Shown: positions 1-12,058, counted from the stretch's first letter. The stretch: 64,000 nt of DNA from Candidatus Bathyarchaeota archaeon (GCA_963770935.1 CAVYRJ010000008.1:160001-224000), one strand, 5' to 3'. Notes: a model not told the origin generated them from the sequence alone. Translations and numbers: made by a program.

Positions 1-1017
1 TACGACCGCACTGCTGTTTGTTTGAAAGGATAATCTGTTACCGTTAAAGAAGTCCAGACACGTAACAAGAGTCGTATCGTTAGTGTTTTCGGTGGCTTTG
101 TTAACGTGGATTAGCATTAAATTATTACTGACTGTATCCTGGAAATTGTAGTATTCAGATAAAGCTGCAGAGTCCGGTTGTGGGCTTGAAGTATAAATCG
201 CCGAGATTTCAGCACTATCCAAAGCGCGGTTGTAAACCTGTAAGCTATCAATAACTCCATTAAAAAGCCCTCCCCCTGCTGAATTAGATCCCATAAAGAA
301 ATTTTGGCCCGATTGTTTAATTTGGATTGACCTGTTTGCTGAGTTTTCAAGAATGCCATTAACATATATCTTTTGCATGTGGCCATCATATGTGCCTACA
401 ACGAAGTACCATTGATTGAAAACGGATTGGGTAGTAGAGAACAAAGCGTAGCTTGTCGAATTATCCCTCAACATAAATGCGAATTTTCTATCCTGGTAAC
501 TATGTTTTGAATGTACTTCAAGGCCATAATCATAAGAGTTGAAATATGTTTTTCCAACAAGGAAAGAAGAGGAAGCAATCCCATCCGCTCTTTGTTTAAT
601 CCACACCGCTACGGTAACACTTTCGTTCATTGTTAGACTTAATGAATTTGGGATTTTCACATAATTAGTAAAACCATCAAAATTAAGACCATAACCATAC
701 TTTGCACTAGTCCAAACACTACTATTATTGCCCACCAAAATGCCATTATTATGGTTGCTACTATCATCAATCACCACATTCTCTGAACCTTCGTCCAATT
801 TCCAGTATCCAGTAAGACTATCGTCCGAAGCTGCGCAATGTTGCGGCGGTGGATCAAAATAAATTGACTTTTCAAAGTTCAAATAACTATCATTACCAAA
901 ATTCCAACTATCATTGGAAGTATAAGTATCCAATCCTATAGCCGGGTTGGATACAGCTATCAAAAACAAAATTAGAACAAAATAGGTTAAAAGTCTGCTA
1001 TTAAATACAGTCGTCAT
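1..1017 (-). CDS. Secreted LamG/concanavalin A-like domain protein (3' end runs off the window)
   Basis: Manually translated from ATG at 1017, open to base 1: hydrophobic N-terminus, then GYWKLDEGSENVVIDDSSNHNNG, LNFDGFTNYV, WYFVVGTYDG, FNGVIDSLQVYNRAL, typical of LamG_3. Absent from the ORF track because the stop lies outside the window. Confidence 0.85.
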   Translation of the reverse strand, partial: MTTVFNSRLLTYFVLILFLIAVSNPAIGLDTYTSNDSWNFGNDSYLNFEKSIYFDPPPQHCAASDDSLTGYWKLDEGSENVVIDDSSNHNNGILVGNNSSVWTSAKYGYGLNFDGFTNYVKIPNSLSLTMNESVTVAVWIKQRADGIASSSFLVGKTYFNSYDYGLEVHSKHSYQDRKFAFMLRDNSTSYALFSTTQSVFNQWYFVVGTYDGHMQKIYVNGILENSANRSIQIKQSGQNFFMGSNSAGGGLFNGVIDSLQVYNRALDSAEISAIYTSSPQPDSAALSEYYNFQDTVSNNLMLIHVNKATENTNDTTLVTCLDFFNGNRLSFQTNSSAVV

Positions 1018-1107
1018 AATACTTTAAGCCTTAATGGTTTGGCAAGTAGCCGTAATAACGAAATTTTCGATAGCCTGACCATTTCCCAAGTGCTTTGCAC
1101 GTATCAT

Positions 1108-4100
1108 TTATTTGTATACGTTCAATGAAAATAACTCAGTTGTTTGCGAATATTCTTTGGCATAGTAAGACAAATATACTGTGGTCTTATCAACAAAAAG
1201 ATAAGAAGGAATACTAAAATCATTTCGACCGCTAACTAACGGTTTAATGTACGTTATTGTACCATTTTCACTAGTTGCAATCATATTAATTTTTGAGTTG
1301 TTATGGATATTGATAGAAATAGTAAAGCTGACGTCTGCTTTTGGAGTAACAATCTCTGGAAGAGTATTTTTTATCCCAATCAGTCTTCCCTCTAATTTGA
1401 AGTCATCCAGATAATAGGTAAGAGACTTTTGTGCGGGTAAATTGCCCAACAATACTTCAATTTTAGTAATTTGTTTCCAAGAAGGTGTACCCATCTTCGC
1501 CAGTGCACCAAGTTCAAAAGTTATTTCTTTCCAACCAGTAAAACTATCAATTATATTAGCGTAGTAGTAGTCTGTCCACGAATTTGTATGAAAAATCACA
1601 GGGATGACCATTGATGTATTTTCACCGTAGAAGAACAACTTAATGGACTCCCACTCGCTGAAATCTTGAAATTCACTAAAGGAATGCCAAAATGAAAGGC
1701 TTTGATTTCTAAATATATCGATTCTTAATGAGTCTTTACCATTAACGAAAACAGAATTATCATTTGTAAAATTGATGTCTCGTTTATCATTTAAACTCGA
1801 CCAGAAGTTGAGTTGATTTTCATCAGTTATACTCTTATTGAGTTCCCCAGAAGGTTGGACGTACGTTGAAATACTATTTTGGATTACCGTTGCGTTGGTT
1901 ATTGTTGCCCATGAGCTCTTGAAGTTGGAGGAGAATGCTACCGAGTTTTCTACTTCCGTTCTATCCAACAATTTAAACAATACCATTTTTTCGAAAACTT
2001 TTGCAATTACGAAGTTCGGTTCATAGTTTATCACTGAGAATAGAGAAAACTTATCGCTTGCTGATTTAAAATAATCGTATGCTGAATGCGACTGCCTAGG
2101 AATCAAGAAATAACGGATATTTGATTCTGTCAGCTTTTGTATTATTTCCGTAGAATTACTGGACGTTAGAATAGGCAAAATGGAGGAAACATCCTGAGGT
2201 TTAGTAAACTCCAATATTGTGCGATTAGCGAACAAAATGAGTTCATAACCGTAAAAAGTTAGTGTAGTGTAATCATCGGTAATATTTGTTTTGTAATAAT
2301 CAGCAACACCTAGAATACCATTTTCGTAATTTATATCAGGAGATCTATTGCCAACAGGGTTAGCGATAATGTTACTGAAGAAGGGAGTAAATGGAATTAG
2401 AAGCAGCATAGAACAAATAACTGGCACAATTACAATCCTCGCTTTTCCCTTGATGTGTATACTTCTTTTTCTTATTTTTTCCAATAACGACGAATTAACG
2501 TCTAACAAAAAGAATATTGCAAAAAGAACAGCTCCAATAGCCAAGTCCATAAGACTGGCAATTCCAAATTGGTAAAAAGGACCTGATAGCGATGGAGCGT
2601 TGTTTATGTTCAATTTGACTAGATAAAAATAGAGTGTTAAAGATGTGATAAACAAGACAAATCTGACGCCATAATGTTTTCTATTGAGTAGGGTCATTAG
2701 CGAATATATTCCAAACCCCATTGCAATTGATAAAAATGGTGCGAAATAATATAGACGCCGAAACTCAGAGCCTAAGAAAGAACACTGAAAAGTCCATGCC
2801 CAAAATAGAACTAATCCTATAGAAAAGATTACGAATAAAACCAGAGCTAACGATAGTTTTAATCTCATTTTTTTATAAACAAAAAAAATCCCAACCGATA
2901 TTGGGATAATATATAGTCCAGAAAGCAACAAATTTGTAAATAAGTTATCAAATCTTATGTAATTTAAGTACACAGGGGTAACAGAATCAGTTACTGGGCT
3001 CAGCAAAGCTTTCGCAGTGTTAAGATTAAAATTACTCGGTATCCATTCAGAATTTATAGCGCCGAACTGAGTTATATTTCTGTAGAAAAAAATTAGGATA
3101 GGCAAAACTGGTAAACTAAAATAAACGATGAAGAAGAAATGGTTCTTGCCCTTATTGCCGCTTGTGCTTTTAGTATCAAAAAAATGAAGAACCAAGAAGA
3201 TAATAACCGTGAAAAAACAAACGAGAGTTTCCCGCACAATGATTTGATTGAATTCTAGACCACTCAACAAATCCCAAGCGAATAAAAACATGAAGGGTAA
3301 TGTCGAAATTAAGGAGCACAGAAGAATAACCCAGAAAGTCCTTGTTTTTTGTGCCAATAAAAGACATATAGAAAAGAGAAAGGGAACAATAAAAATTGCC
3401 ATCGAGCTAGTAAGAAGTGCTAAAGATGCACTCATTCCGGCAAGCAAGAAATATAATTTTCTTGAAGTCCGTCCTCCTTTAATCAAAAAGAGAAGAGCTG
3501 TAAGTATATAAAAGATAAAATAAATATCGCGATATAAATTGAAGGTCACAAAAACCCCCATAACTACAGGCAAAGAGGCGAAAATAATCGCCGAAATTAG
3601 CGCTATTTCTTTTTTTAAGAATAATTCAGTTGCTAAACTGAAAACCGTTATTGTTGTTAGCAAGAAAATTATTACCGGTAAGATTATCAGGGTTTCTGAT
3701 CCCGCTCCCCATATTATCCAGGCGAACATAAGTGAAATTGCAGGGTCAGAAGTCATGAAAAGATCGTTCACATGATAGGGATCAGTCTGCAATCCACCGG
3801 ACGTAATTATTGATTTACTAAGGGGCAAGTAAAGTTTTATCGGGTCGTACTCTGAAAATAATGTCGAACTATAAATAATACTAGTAATAATGAAGGTCAA
3901 TAGCGCTAACAAAAAGAACAATAGAAGTATGTTAGTTTTGCTGATTCTAATTGAAAATCTTGTTTTCTTTTTGAATTTTTTGATTATAAATATTAGAAAA
4001 CCAAAAAATACCAGAAATACGCTCACTATAGTAAAAATTTGGAAAGACGGAACTATGGCTGAAGAAAAAAGCGCAATTAAAGTCATAGATGCAATGAATA

Positions 4101-4233
4101 TGAAATTCCAGAAAATTGCTCCTGCAAGCACAAGGTCCCAAGTAGAATCAATAATATTATACTTTTTCAGTACAATAAATAACACGAACATCCCAGGAAG
4201 AAATAACAATATAGGAAATTCAAACCAATACAT
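1108..4233 (-). CDS. Multi-TM GT-C fold (ArnT/PMT-like) glycosyltransferase with C-terminal carbohydrate-binding-like domain
   Basis: 1041 aa with many TM helices, EYDP..YLP loop, then a soluble beta-rich C-terminus (DSFTGWKEITF, YYLDDFKL); lies in a glycosyltransferase cluster. Confidence 0.65.
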   Translation of the reverse strand: MYWFEFPILLFLPGMFVLFIVLKKYNIIDSTWDLVLAGAIFWNFIFIASMTLIALFSSAIVPSFQIFTIVSVFLVFFGFLIFIIKKFKKKTRFSIRISKTNILLLFFLLALLTFIITSIIYSSTLFSEYDPIKLYLPLSKSIITSGGLQTDPYHVNDLFMTSDPAISLMFAWIIWGAGSETLIILPVIIFLLTTITVFSLATELFLKKEIALISAIIFASLPVVMGVFVTFNLYRDIYFIFYILTALLFLIKGGRTSRKLYFLLAGMSASLALLTSSMAIFIVPFLFSICLLLAQKTRTFWVILLCSLISTLPFMFLFAWDLLSGLEFNQIIVRETLVCFFTVIIFLVLHFFDTKSTSGNKGKNHFFFIVYFSLPVLPILIFFYRNITQFGAINSEWIPSNFNLNTAKALLSPVTDSVTPVYLNYIRFDNLFTNLLLSGLYIIPISVGIFFVYKKMRLKLSLALVLFVIFSIGLVLFWAWTFQCSFLGSEFRRLYYFAPFLSIAMGFGIYSLMTLLNRKHYGVRFVLFITSLTLYFYLVKLNINNAPSLSGPFYQFGIASLMDLAIGAVLFAIFFLLDVNSSLLEKIRKRSIHIKGKARIVIVPVICSMLLLIPFTPFFSNIIANPVGNRSPDINYENGILGVADYYKTNITDDYTTLTFYGYELILFANRTILEFTKPQDVSSILPILTSSNSTEIIQKLTESNIRYFLIPRQSHSAYDYFKSASDKFSLFSVINYEPNFVIAKVFEKMVLFKLLDRTEVENSVAFSSNFKSSWATITNATVIQNSISTYVQPSGELNKSITDENQLNFWSSLNDKRDINFTNDNSVFVNGKDSLRIDIFRNQSLSFWHSFSEFQDFSEWESIKLFFYGENTSMVIPVIFHTNSWTDYYYANIIDSFTGWKEITFELGALAKMGTPSWKQITKIEVLLGNLPAQKSLTYYLDDFKLEGRLIGIKNTLPEIVTPKADVSFTISINIHNNSKINMIATSENGTITYIKPLVSGRNDFSIPSYLFVDKTTVYLSYYAKEYSQTTELFSLNVYK

Positions 4234-4266
4234 TGAGGTTAAGCTCTATGGGTGCTACTTACTGAT

Positions 4267-5310
4267 TTATGGACGGTTAACTTTCATAACCAAGCCATCA
4301 TGGATCGCGTTAAAGTAAATTTTAAGGAGATTTGTACTTCTACGAATGAAAAGCAGAGAACCGGTTGTTAAGATCAAGTCCTGAACAGAGAGTATTATAA
4401 AAAGAATATAGCCTAATTTAGATGAGAATTTTTTCATAAATAGGAATCGATTTCGTGTTAAAAAGAAGATTTTGAAACCATTTATTTTCTTGACCGATTG
4501 CCCATCTTTGTGCCATATTTTAGAACGTGCGCATGCACACACAATCCAGCCCTTTCGTTTAGCCCTTACGCACCAATCCGTTTCCTCGTAGTAACAAAAA
4601 TAATTAACGTCGAGCAACCCAATGTCGCGAATTAGCTTTGATCGGACTAAAAGACAACTCCCTGGAACCTCGTCAAATTGCAAATATTCGGTTGACTTTA
4701 GGTATTCGGCATTTTTTAAAATCTCTGTTTTTCCGGTTCGCCAGTTGATCTTTTCTCCAATCGCCATTATGCTATTTGATGAATAATTGTAATTGATAGC
4801 TCCAACTATACCAATGTTTTCATCAGTTTTCATAGTTTTTATAAGTTCAAATAAGAAAGTCTTCTCGACAACTACATCATTGTTTAAAATAAGCGCAAAC
4901 TCTACTTTTAGAACATTTAGAGCATATTTGATTGCGATATTGCTTCCTTGAGCAAATCCGTAGTTCTTTTTATTTTCGATTAAATACATTGTCCGACTAT
5001 TCGATTGTAACTTCATTTTAATTAACGCTGTACGAGAATCAGACAAGCAACCAAGCTCAATTAATTGTATTCGTTCGCTCTGTGCAAGCGAGTCGGATGA
5101 AAATATTAATTCATTTTTAGCCCACTCTTTTATCATACTAACGGATTCATCTTCTGAAGAATTATCCACTACAATAACATCAAAATTGGAATATACCCCT
5201 TTATAAATAGACTCTAGGCACTGTATAGTATCCTTCCAACCATTCCAGTTCAAAATTATGATAGCAATTTTTGGATGATCTATGCTTGGACTACCTGGCA
5301 ATCTGTTCAA
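4267..5310 (-). CDS. GT2 family glycosyltransferase
   Basis: IIILNWNG, VVDNSS, NYGFAQGSN, ILNND, YYEETDWC motifs. Confidence 0.9.
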   Translation of the reverse strand: MNRLPGSPSIDHPKIAIIILNWNGWKDTIQCLESIYKGVYSNFDVIVVDNSSEDESVSMIKEWAKNELIFSSDSLAQSERIQLIELGCLSDSRTALIKMKLQSNSRTMYLIENKKNYGFAQGSNIAIKYALNVLKVEFALILNNDVVVEKTFLFELIKTMKTDENIGIVGAINYNYSSNSIMAIGEKINWRTGKTEILKNAEYLKSTEYLQFDEVPGSCLLVRSKLIRDIGLLDVNYFCYYEETDWCVRAKRKGWIVCACARSKIWHKDGQSVKKINGFKIFFLTRNRFLFMKKFSSKLGYILFIILSVQDLILTTGSLLFIRRSTNLLKIYFNAIHDGLVMKVNRP

Positions 5311-6373
5311 TCTCTGGTATTAGATTAGCTATTATTTTGTTCCAGTCGAATTCTTGCAATGCCAATTCCCTGGCATTCCTACCCATTTCTGCCAATTCTT
5401 TTTTAGGCAAATTGCTCAATCTAATCATCCCTTCTCTTAAAGTGTCAGGTTGGTTGTCTCTAACAACTATACCACACTTGTATTTTCTAATTAGGTCTGC
5501 AGCGTCGCCTACATCGCTTGCCAATATAGGTTTACCCATGGCACAATACTCTGAAAACTTCGTGGGTGAAGCAATTTCAGTAGAAATATGCTTAGGTCTC
5601 GGAAGAACAAAAGCGTCGCATGCTGAGTAGTAATCAATAATGGCTGTAAAAGGTACCCTTCCAACGAAGTGAACGTTTTTTCTTTTAGCACGCCTGAGAT
5701 CCCACTACTAAATAAGCGATATCTTTCTGCTTAATACCTCTCAGCAGCTTTTATGGAATTTTCGACCCCTTGGTATTTAGCAAAATTGCCAATGTATCCA
5801 AATACAAAATTGCCAAATGACTGCCTCAGTTCAACTGTTTTTTGATTTGACTTGGTCCGAAAATACTCAAGATCAACTCCATTGGTTAACATAAATTAAT
5901 TTTTTACTCGGAAATTCCTTTTCCTTTGAGAAACTGCATCATCCTTCTCGAAACACAGATTATTCTATCGGAGCAATGAATGTTAAGATGAGATGGGATT
6001 TTGTTTCTACTGTAAGCTACTATAAAAGATAAGCCTCTGTCAGATCTAGATTGCATTAATTCCTCGCATGGTCCCCCATGCATATCAAAAATGAGAGGCT
6101 TGCTAGTTAAGGTTCCCAATAAGCGAAAAAAAAGTACCGCCATGACCATTGCCGTAAACAAGATCATATTTTTTTGCAAGTAAAGATTTTAGATGCCTAA
6201 AATGGACTGTTAAAATTTTGCCTGAAGAGTAATGCCATGGGTAGGATACTAAATCAACAGTATGCCCAGCTGATTCAAGATTATCCCGGATTGATAAAAT
6301 TCGCCTCCAATCAGCAGAGGAATTATCTTCAAGATAGTCAGCTCTTTTTGGCTACTACACTCAATATATTCAT
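5291..6373 (-). CDS. GT4 family glycosyltransferase, broken by several frameshifts
   Basis: Fragments 5904-6179 (IFDMHG, DRIICVS) and 5291-5539 (GKPILASDVG, FDWNKI); ATG at 6373 (MNILSVV). Confidence 0.7.
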
Positions 6374-6588
6374 AAATTCAGAACTCATATTTTAGAAGAT
6401 CCTTTCACAGTCTTTACGCCGGTCGATAAATACTACTATTGAAAGTACTACTTTAAGGGCATTACATTGTTAGCTGTAATTATTTGCTATGTTGTTTATA
6501 AGTCCCAAATACCGGTGAGCCTATTTTTTCCCAAGTATATTCATGTTCAATAAATTCTCTAGCCCGAAATGATTGTTCTTTCACGTCT

Positions 6589-7614
6589 TCAGTTTTCAAA
6601 AAATGTATAAGTCGCTTTTAATGAATCCTCTGTCTTGCTGTAATCTAGAGTTATTCCAGAATTTGATCCTTTCACTATTAGATTGAGAGCTGGCAAGTCA
6701 GGTCCGATAAGTGGAATGCCCGATGCCATAGCTTCGAGCGTTGTTATGGGCTGTCCTTCATATATTGAAGCCATAAAATAAAAGTCCGATAACGCATAAA
6801 CAGAGGGAAGTTGTGAATCATCAACGTATCCTAGAAATAATACTTTTGAGAGACCAAGATGTGAAACGAGCTTTTTTGCATCGTTTAGCAGTTTACCATC
6901 TCCAGCTAGAACCAAGCATACATTGTCGAGTTCTTTTGTTAGTTTCGCGAACATTCTAATTAGCGTTAGAGGTCTTTTCTGATCAGTCATTCTTCCGATG
7001 TAGGTAAATACGATATCGTCTTCCGCAATCCCATAATAAGCTCTAAGACTTTTTTTAGGCGACGGTTTGAATTTAGACGTATCGACACCGTTCGGAATAT
7101 ATATTATTTTTTTACGTGGAACATCTATCTCTTCTAAACTATTACCTATATGCGGGGAGACAACTGAAAAATATGATGCATACGAGTTTATTGTCTTTAT
7201 ACAGGGTACTTCAATTTTCTCTCTTAAATTATAGTAAAGTTTATCATAAGTGCTAAATCCATTATTTTGCACTACCTTATTAAATTCGATGATAGATGTG
7301 TGCATAGTCACAAGACATTTGTTGAAAGGAAACTTCCCTATAAAGAACGGTTGATGTAGCCAAACCACGTCATAGTCACTCACGTCATCCTTAATTTTGC
7401 GAGAAACCTTTTGCCAAAAAGACAATAGAGAAAAAACTCCATAATTTTTTCCCAAAAATTCAAGCGGCACTCTAATCTCGGGACCAAATGGAGAGCAAAC
7501 GTCACAACATATTCCTTCTTTTCTTAAGTACTCAGCAACATTATTTACACAAACACCGATGCCCCCCTTGGGGGTTTTTGGATATAGCTCTGAGCCGCAA
7601 ATTAGCACATTCAT
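6589..7614 (-). CDS. GT4 family glycosyltransferase (C-terminus probably frameshifted, true end near 6480)
   Basis: IPNGVD, YIGR, EGQPITTLEAMASG; AREFIEHEYTWEKI continues in another frame. Confidence 0.88.
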   Translation of the reverse strand: MNVLICGSELYPKTPKGGIGVCVNNVAEYLRKEGICCDVCSPFGPEIRVPLEFLGKNYGVFSLLSFWQKVSRKIKDDVSDYDVVWLHQPFFIGKFPFNKCLVTMHTSIIEFNKVVQNNGFSTYDKLYYNLREKIEVPCIKTINSYASYFSVVSPHIGNSLEEIDVPRKKIIYIPNGVDTSKFKPSPKKSLRAYYGIAEDDIVFTYIGRMTDQKRPLTLIRMFAKLTKELDNVCLVLAGDGKLLNDAKKLVSHLGLSKVLFLGYVDDSQLPSVYALSDFYFMASIYEGQPITTLEAMASGIPLIGPDLPALNLIVKGSNSGITLDYSKTEDSLKATYTFFEN

Positions 7615-7653
7615 TTTTTGTTACTCATTTGAAATATTTGCATCTTTGGAGAG

Positions 7654-8451
7654 TCAATTTGGAATGAAATAAAGATGTGGCTGGTCGTAAAGAAAAGGAT
7701 CCTCACGAATAAGATCATAGCCATATGGCTTCATGAAATTGATAATTTCATTAACCGTGACACCCCGCTTAAGGTGAACTTCGATTATTAAGAATTTTAC
7801 TGACTTATTTGATAGTAAGTCATTCATTCCAGAAAGCACCAGCCTTTCGTGCCCTTGAACATCTACCTTCATTATATCAATATCAGATATTCCAAGATTG
7901 CATAGAAGATTGTCTAATGGCATGCCAATGACGGAATTACTCGTTCTATCCTTGGATATGAACATATTGGAACTTTCTCCGTCAAGGAAAACTTCCTCCC
8001 TTTGATCGTGAGCTGCTGCTCTTACAGGAATCACGTTCTGCATATGGTTTATTCTAATGTTCGCAAGCAGCGCAGAAAAATTGTTGCCTCCTGGTTCTAC
8101 AGCAACAATGGTTTTGGCAAGACTGCCTACGGTTAGAGTAAAGTCTCCTATGTTTGCTCCAACATCAACTACTGTTGGTAAATTGGTTGCGTCTATCTTC
8201 AAGTTCCGTCTATATGTTATATATGTTTTAAAAAATCCATATGTAAAGGACCTCAGAACTTCTCGATTGCTGACAAGCAATAGTCCTACAGGAGTTTTTA
8301 GTTCACCTCTAAACCCTACCATATAGAGAAAGGGCGCCAGAAAGGCAAATTTTAGACTATTGAAGTCTTCCATACTTTTGTGACAACGCCTAAAGCCAAA
8401 AAAGAGCAGGCTTGCATATGATTTAACAAGAGCAATGTAATCAGACGTCAT
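7654..8451 (-). CDS. FkbM family methyltransferase
   Basis: VDVGANIG, AVEP, IMKVDVQGHE motifs. Confidence 0.9.
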   Translation of the reverse strand: MTSDYIALVKSYASLLFFGFRRCHKSMEDFNSLKFAFLAPFLYMVGFRGELKTPVGLLLVSNREVLRSFTYGFFKTYITYRRNLKIDATNLPTVVDVGANIGDFTLTVGSLAKTIVAVEPGGNNFSALLANIRINHMQNVIPVRAAAHDQREEVFLDGESSNMFISKDRTSNSVIGMPLDNLLCNLGISDIDIMKVDVQGHERLVLSGMNDLLSNKSVKFLIIEVHLKRGVTVNEIINFMKPYGYDLIREDPFLYDQPHLYFIPN

Positions 8452-8507
8452 ATTGTACCTCTATCCTTTTTTATTATTTAAGTTTAACAGATTTCAAATA
8501 CATACCA

Positions 8508-9768
8508 TCAAGAGAGGGCACGGTTAGGAGAGAAAAGACTGTTTTGAATAGAATCGGGAAAACAATTATTTTGTAATAAACCCAGTTCTAGATCGCTACA
8601 GCAAACGTGTTTATATATTCTTTCAACCTGGCCAGCAATCTTTTCCCAGTTAAAGTTATCCATGCCATGTTTGATGAATTGCTCATTAAAAGAGACTTCA
8701 TTACCTCTTCTAAGTGCTTCCAAAATAGCTTTCGATATTTCAGCAGGAGAACCGTCGTTAATTATAGTTTTATTCGGATAGCCATCCAATATTTCAGGTA
8801 CCCCCCCAACGGACGTTGCAACAATATTTAATCGCGCTGCCATAGCTTCAAGAATCGTTAAAGGGAGAGCTTCAGACTTCGAGGGCAGTATGAACATATT
8901 TGAAGCTATGTATAATTCATGTATCTTCTCTTTTGGCGTCCAGCCAATAATCTTTGAATTTGCTCTAATTGGTTGCAAGGCTTTGGTCAGTTCTGAAGCT
9001 AAAGGCCCGTCCCCTACAAAAACGAAGAAGGCTTGATGATTCTTTTCAACTACTTGTTTGGCAGCCTCTGCAAGTTCACAAACACCTTTTACTTGTGAAA
9101 ACCTGCCCCTGAAAAGAATAACAGTCTTTTCGAGATCGATACCATACTTTTGTCTGTAAATGATTTTCTTTTGGATATTTGCACAAAAGACTGGGTAATC
9201 AACGCCGTTCGGAATAGAAAAGCACTTCTTCGATAAAATACCATACTTTTTAGCATAATCGGTTATATGTGGTGTCAACCCTATTACGGCGGCAAGATTA
9301 TTTAGTTCTCGCCTGAAGATTGTCCGATTGAAGATTTCCTCACCAAGTCTCGCTATTGTGTTACAACGGCTTAGAGCATCTAATCCATGGAGTGTCAAGA
9401 TTACAGGAACACCAAGCTTCTTTGCAGCACTTATTGTTCTCCATGTAAGATAGTAGTGATGACCATGACAATGCACTACATCAATTTGTTTTTCCTCTAT
9501 TACCTCTCGAATCATATCCGCTACATTTAATACAAAACCTTGATTGCCAACAGGTCGGTAAATGCTTTTCAACGGAAAGTATGCCTTAACCCTAACTACC
9601 TTTACACCCATCGGAGGAAATAACGGTTGATGGCAATTCTGATAAAGCGGAAGTTAAAATAGTAATCTGGTGACCTTTTTTTGCCAGTTCTTTCGAAAGG
9701 TTCTCTACATGATATTCTATGCCTCCGACATGTGGGGGATAGAAAGTGCTAGCCATTAGAATATTCAA
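8508..9768 (-). CDS. GT4 family glycosyltransferase (frameshift near 9610)
   Basis: N-terminus TTG-NILMASTFYPPHVGGIEYHV from 9768 in another frame; IPNGVD, KG, SEALPLTILEAMA in ORF 8508-9611. Confidence 0.85.
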
Positions 9769-9817
9769 ATTTAGTGATCAAGTCCAAAAATGAAAAAAAT
9801 GGCTTTCGACAAATGTT

Positions 9818-10782
9818 TTATTTTCTCATCAGACGCGATATCGCATACAGTGTAATGGCTGTTGACATCATGAAAAAGCCTATTAACATGAACGCTAAAG
9901 AGGCTAATGCAATGTTAGTGACTATTGAATGAGTGGCAACGTAAATATCCATCATCCAAACGCCAAACGCAATGCCTAATAATAAGTGATAGTTATTCCG
10001 GGTAAGCCAAGAAACATAAGTGGTCTATCTTCGACAACAAGTTTAACAATAGACATGACAAGACCGAATCCCGTGAGTGATTGGGTTTTCAGTTGAGGTT
10101 TCTACACCATGTGCTATTGTATTTGCAGGAGATCGGTACTTCACAAACCTTTAAGCCACTTTTGTCCACCGCTCGCAAAAGCTCCAAACTTGCACTCATG
10201 CCATTCTCAGACATAGACAAACGATCTAATGCTTGTTTGCTGTAGGCTCTAAAACCGCTCTGGGAGTCGCTTACATTTTTTTTGCCTGAGCAATTAGCGA
10301 GTTTTGTGATTACTTTTATGCCTATCTTTCTATAAAGCGGCATATCTGCAGTGCCATTTTTATCTATGAAACGACTGCCATAAACTACTTCGGCAACGCC
10401 TTCTTCAATGGGCTTAACGAAGCAGAGGAATCTCAGAGGCATCGTGTTGCCCATCAGAATCCAAAGTAACCAAAACATCAGCCCTCAACTCACGAGCCTT
10501 CTTAAACAGACTCTGTAGCGCTGCACCATAACCAAGATTTTGCTCATGACGAACAACCACTGCACCAAGGCGCTCAGCAATTTCACGAGTCATGTCAGAT
10601 GAACCATCATCACAAACAACCACAACATCTGCATGCTTCTGAGCTGACAAAACTACTCCTGCAATGCTTTTTTCTTCATTGAAAGCAGGGATACCAGCAA
10701 CTACCAACGGCTTTTGCAGATCTAAAAGACATGCCTTGCCCAAATCTAATTCGTTAACCAAAACCAAGTTCTGAGCCTTCAA
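9818..10782 (-). CDS. GT2 dolichol-phosphate mannosyltransferase-like protein with C-terminal TM helices, frameshifted
   Basis: IPAFNEE, DDGSSD, NLGYG, DSDGQH (10414-10782); GSRF, DSQSGFRAY (10089-10478); hydrophobic tail to about 9818. Confidence 0.8.
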
Positions 10783-10873
10783 GTTTTAGACAGGTTAAAC
10801 GCTAAGATACCTAGCAAAGGCACGATCTTCAGCCCATAATGAAGCTGAATGGTTACCCCAACTAACTGCTATG

Positions 10874-11164
10874 TTACTTATTTTTCGGGCTAAAGGTAAA
10901 CCAACAGTCCTCGACCAACTTGTCTGCCATGCTCTCTATCGTTGTCTGCAGTTTTTCTATTATGGCCGTCACTACTTTGGCCAGCTTTGTGCTCTTTATG
11001 CTTTTAACGTATCGAACGGTGAGGTCTATTATTCCGCGTTCAACCCGATTGAGAGATCTAAACCAAACGCCATGTCTCAAAGCAGTCTTCTTGGTTTCAG
11101 CTAATTCTTTTACTGATAAAGGACTGCTTGACTGTATGGTCAGCTTTGAACCCCTCTCCTTCAT
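10874..11164 (-). CDS. Hypothetical protein (probably frameshifted near its 3' end)
   Basis: 96 aa ORF, ALRHGVWFRSLNRVERGIIDL, protein-like composition, upstream of the GT operon. Confidence 0.55.
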   Translation of the reverse strand: MKERGSKLTIQSSSPLSVKELAETKKTALRHGVWFRSLNRVERGIIDLTVRYVKSIKSTKLAKVVTAIIEKLQTTIESMADKLVEDCWFTFSPKNK

Positions 11165-11338
11165 AAGAAGACGTTTTACTTCATAAGTGACTTAAAAGAC
11201 TTGTGAATCCTTACACATTAAATTAATAGCAAATTATTCCAAAAATTTTAGCAAATTAGAATAAAAAAATCAGCAATGATATTTTTGAGAATTTAACAAA
11301 AAAGAAAATATAGATTGGGAAAAATTTACGAATTTTTC

Positions 11339-11953
11339 CTAAAGTACCAGACGCCTACAACAGCTAACAGAACAATAATAACTACAGATGCGGCAAGTGC
11401 AGCCCACGCAATGGGCGAAAAACCACTCATCACCATCTGAAACTAAAGTGGCGCCCCCAATAGCAAACAGTGGGTCGTCAACGCTAGTAACTGTGATAGT
11501 AAAGGTTTTTGCATTTGGATCGACAATTGCGGCTAATTCAGTGTAGGTGTCGGTAACGGGATTATACTTGAAAATCGAGTAAGGAGGTTGAATCCCTTGA
11601 ACATCATTATCGGTGTAGGGTATTGTAATTTGTGCCTGGCTAAAATCAGCAGCGTTCACATTGAAAGTGACAATTACGAAATGAGTTAATGAAATCCCCG
11701 ATGGAATGTTAGATGTAGGTTGAGGATTTTCAGTGCGAATTTCAGTGGTTACAGTTCCAGTGGAGCCAGGTGTGCCTTGAATTTCATATTTGACCCCAAA
11801 GTCGTCAATTATGGTGCAAGTCCCGTCGGATGAAAACGCGACGTTGGTAGTTACTGCGCCATCATATCGTGATTGTGCAACAACAGAGGAAATGGATAAA
11901 GAAAGTAATAACAACGTAAGTATAGCAAATAATTTTACTTTTATATTATTCAT
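11339..11953 (-). CDS. Secreted/surface protein, PGF-pre-PGF-like domain (C-terminal anchor probably frameshifted)
   Basis: Signal peptide, T/S-rich beta content, ITIPYTD, IFKYN, TFTITV..FAIG ending. Confidence 0.55.
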   Translation of the reverse strand: MNNIKVKLFAILTLLLLSLSISSVVAQSRYDGAVTTNVAFSSDGTCTIIDDFGVKYEIQGTPGSTGTVTTEIRTENPQPTSNIPSGISLTHFVIVTFNVNAADFSQAQITIPYTDNDVQGIQPPYSIFKYNPVTDTYTELAAIVDPNAKTFTITVTSVDDPLFAIGGATLVSDGDEWFFAHCVGCTCRICSYYCSVSCCRRLVL

Positions 11954-12058
11954 TATTTTTTGCCCCTCAGATAGCGCTCAAATATCGTACGATTCACTTA
12001 AAAGCTTTACGAATCAGAAAACCATATTAAATGTCAGAAAAATCACCAAATATTAATG

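Noticed and set aside
1838-4318. Plus-strand ORFs antisense to the 1041-aa membrane protein, and similar antisense ORFs elsewhere
   Set aside because: Shadow ORFs opposite well-supported genes, with no motifs of their own.
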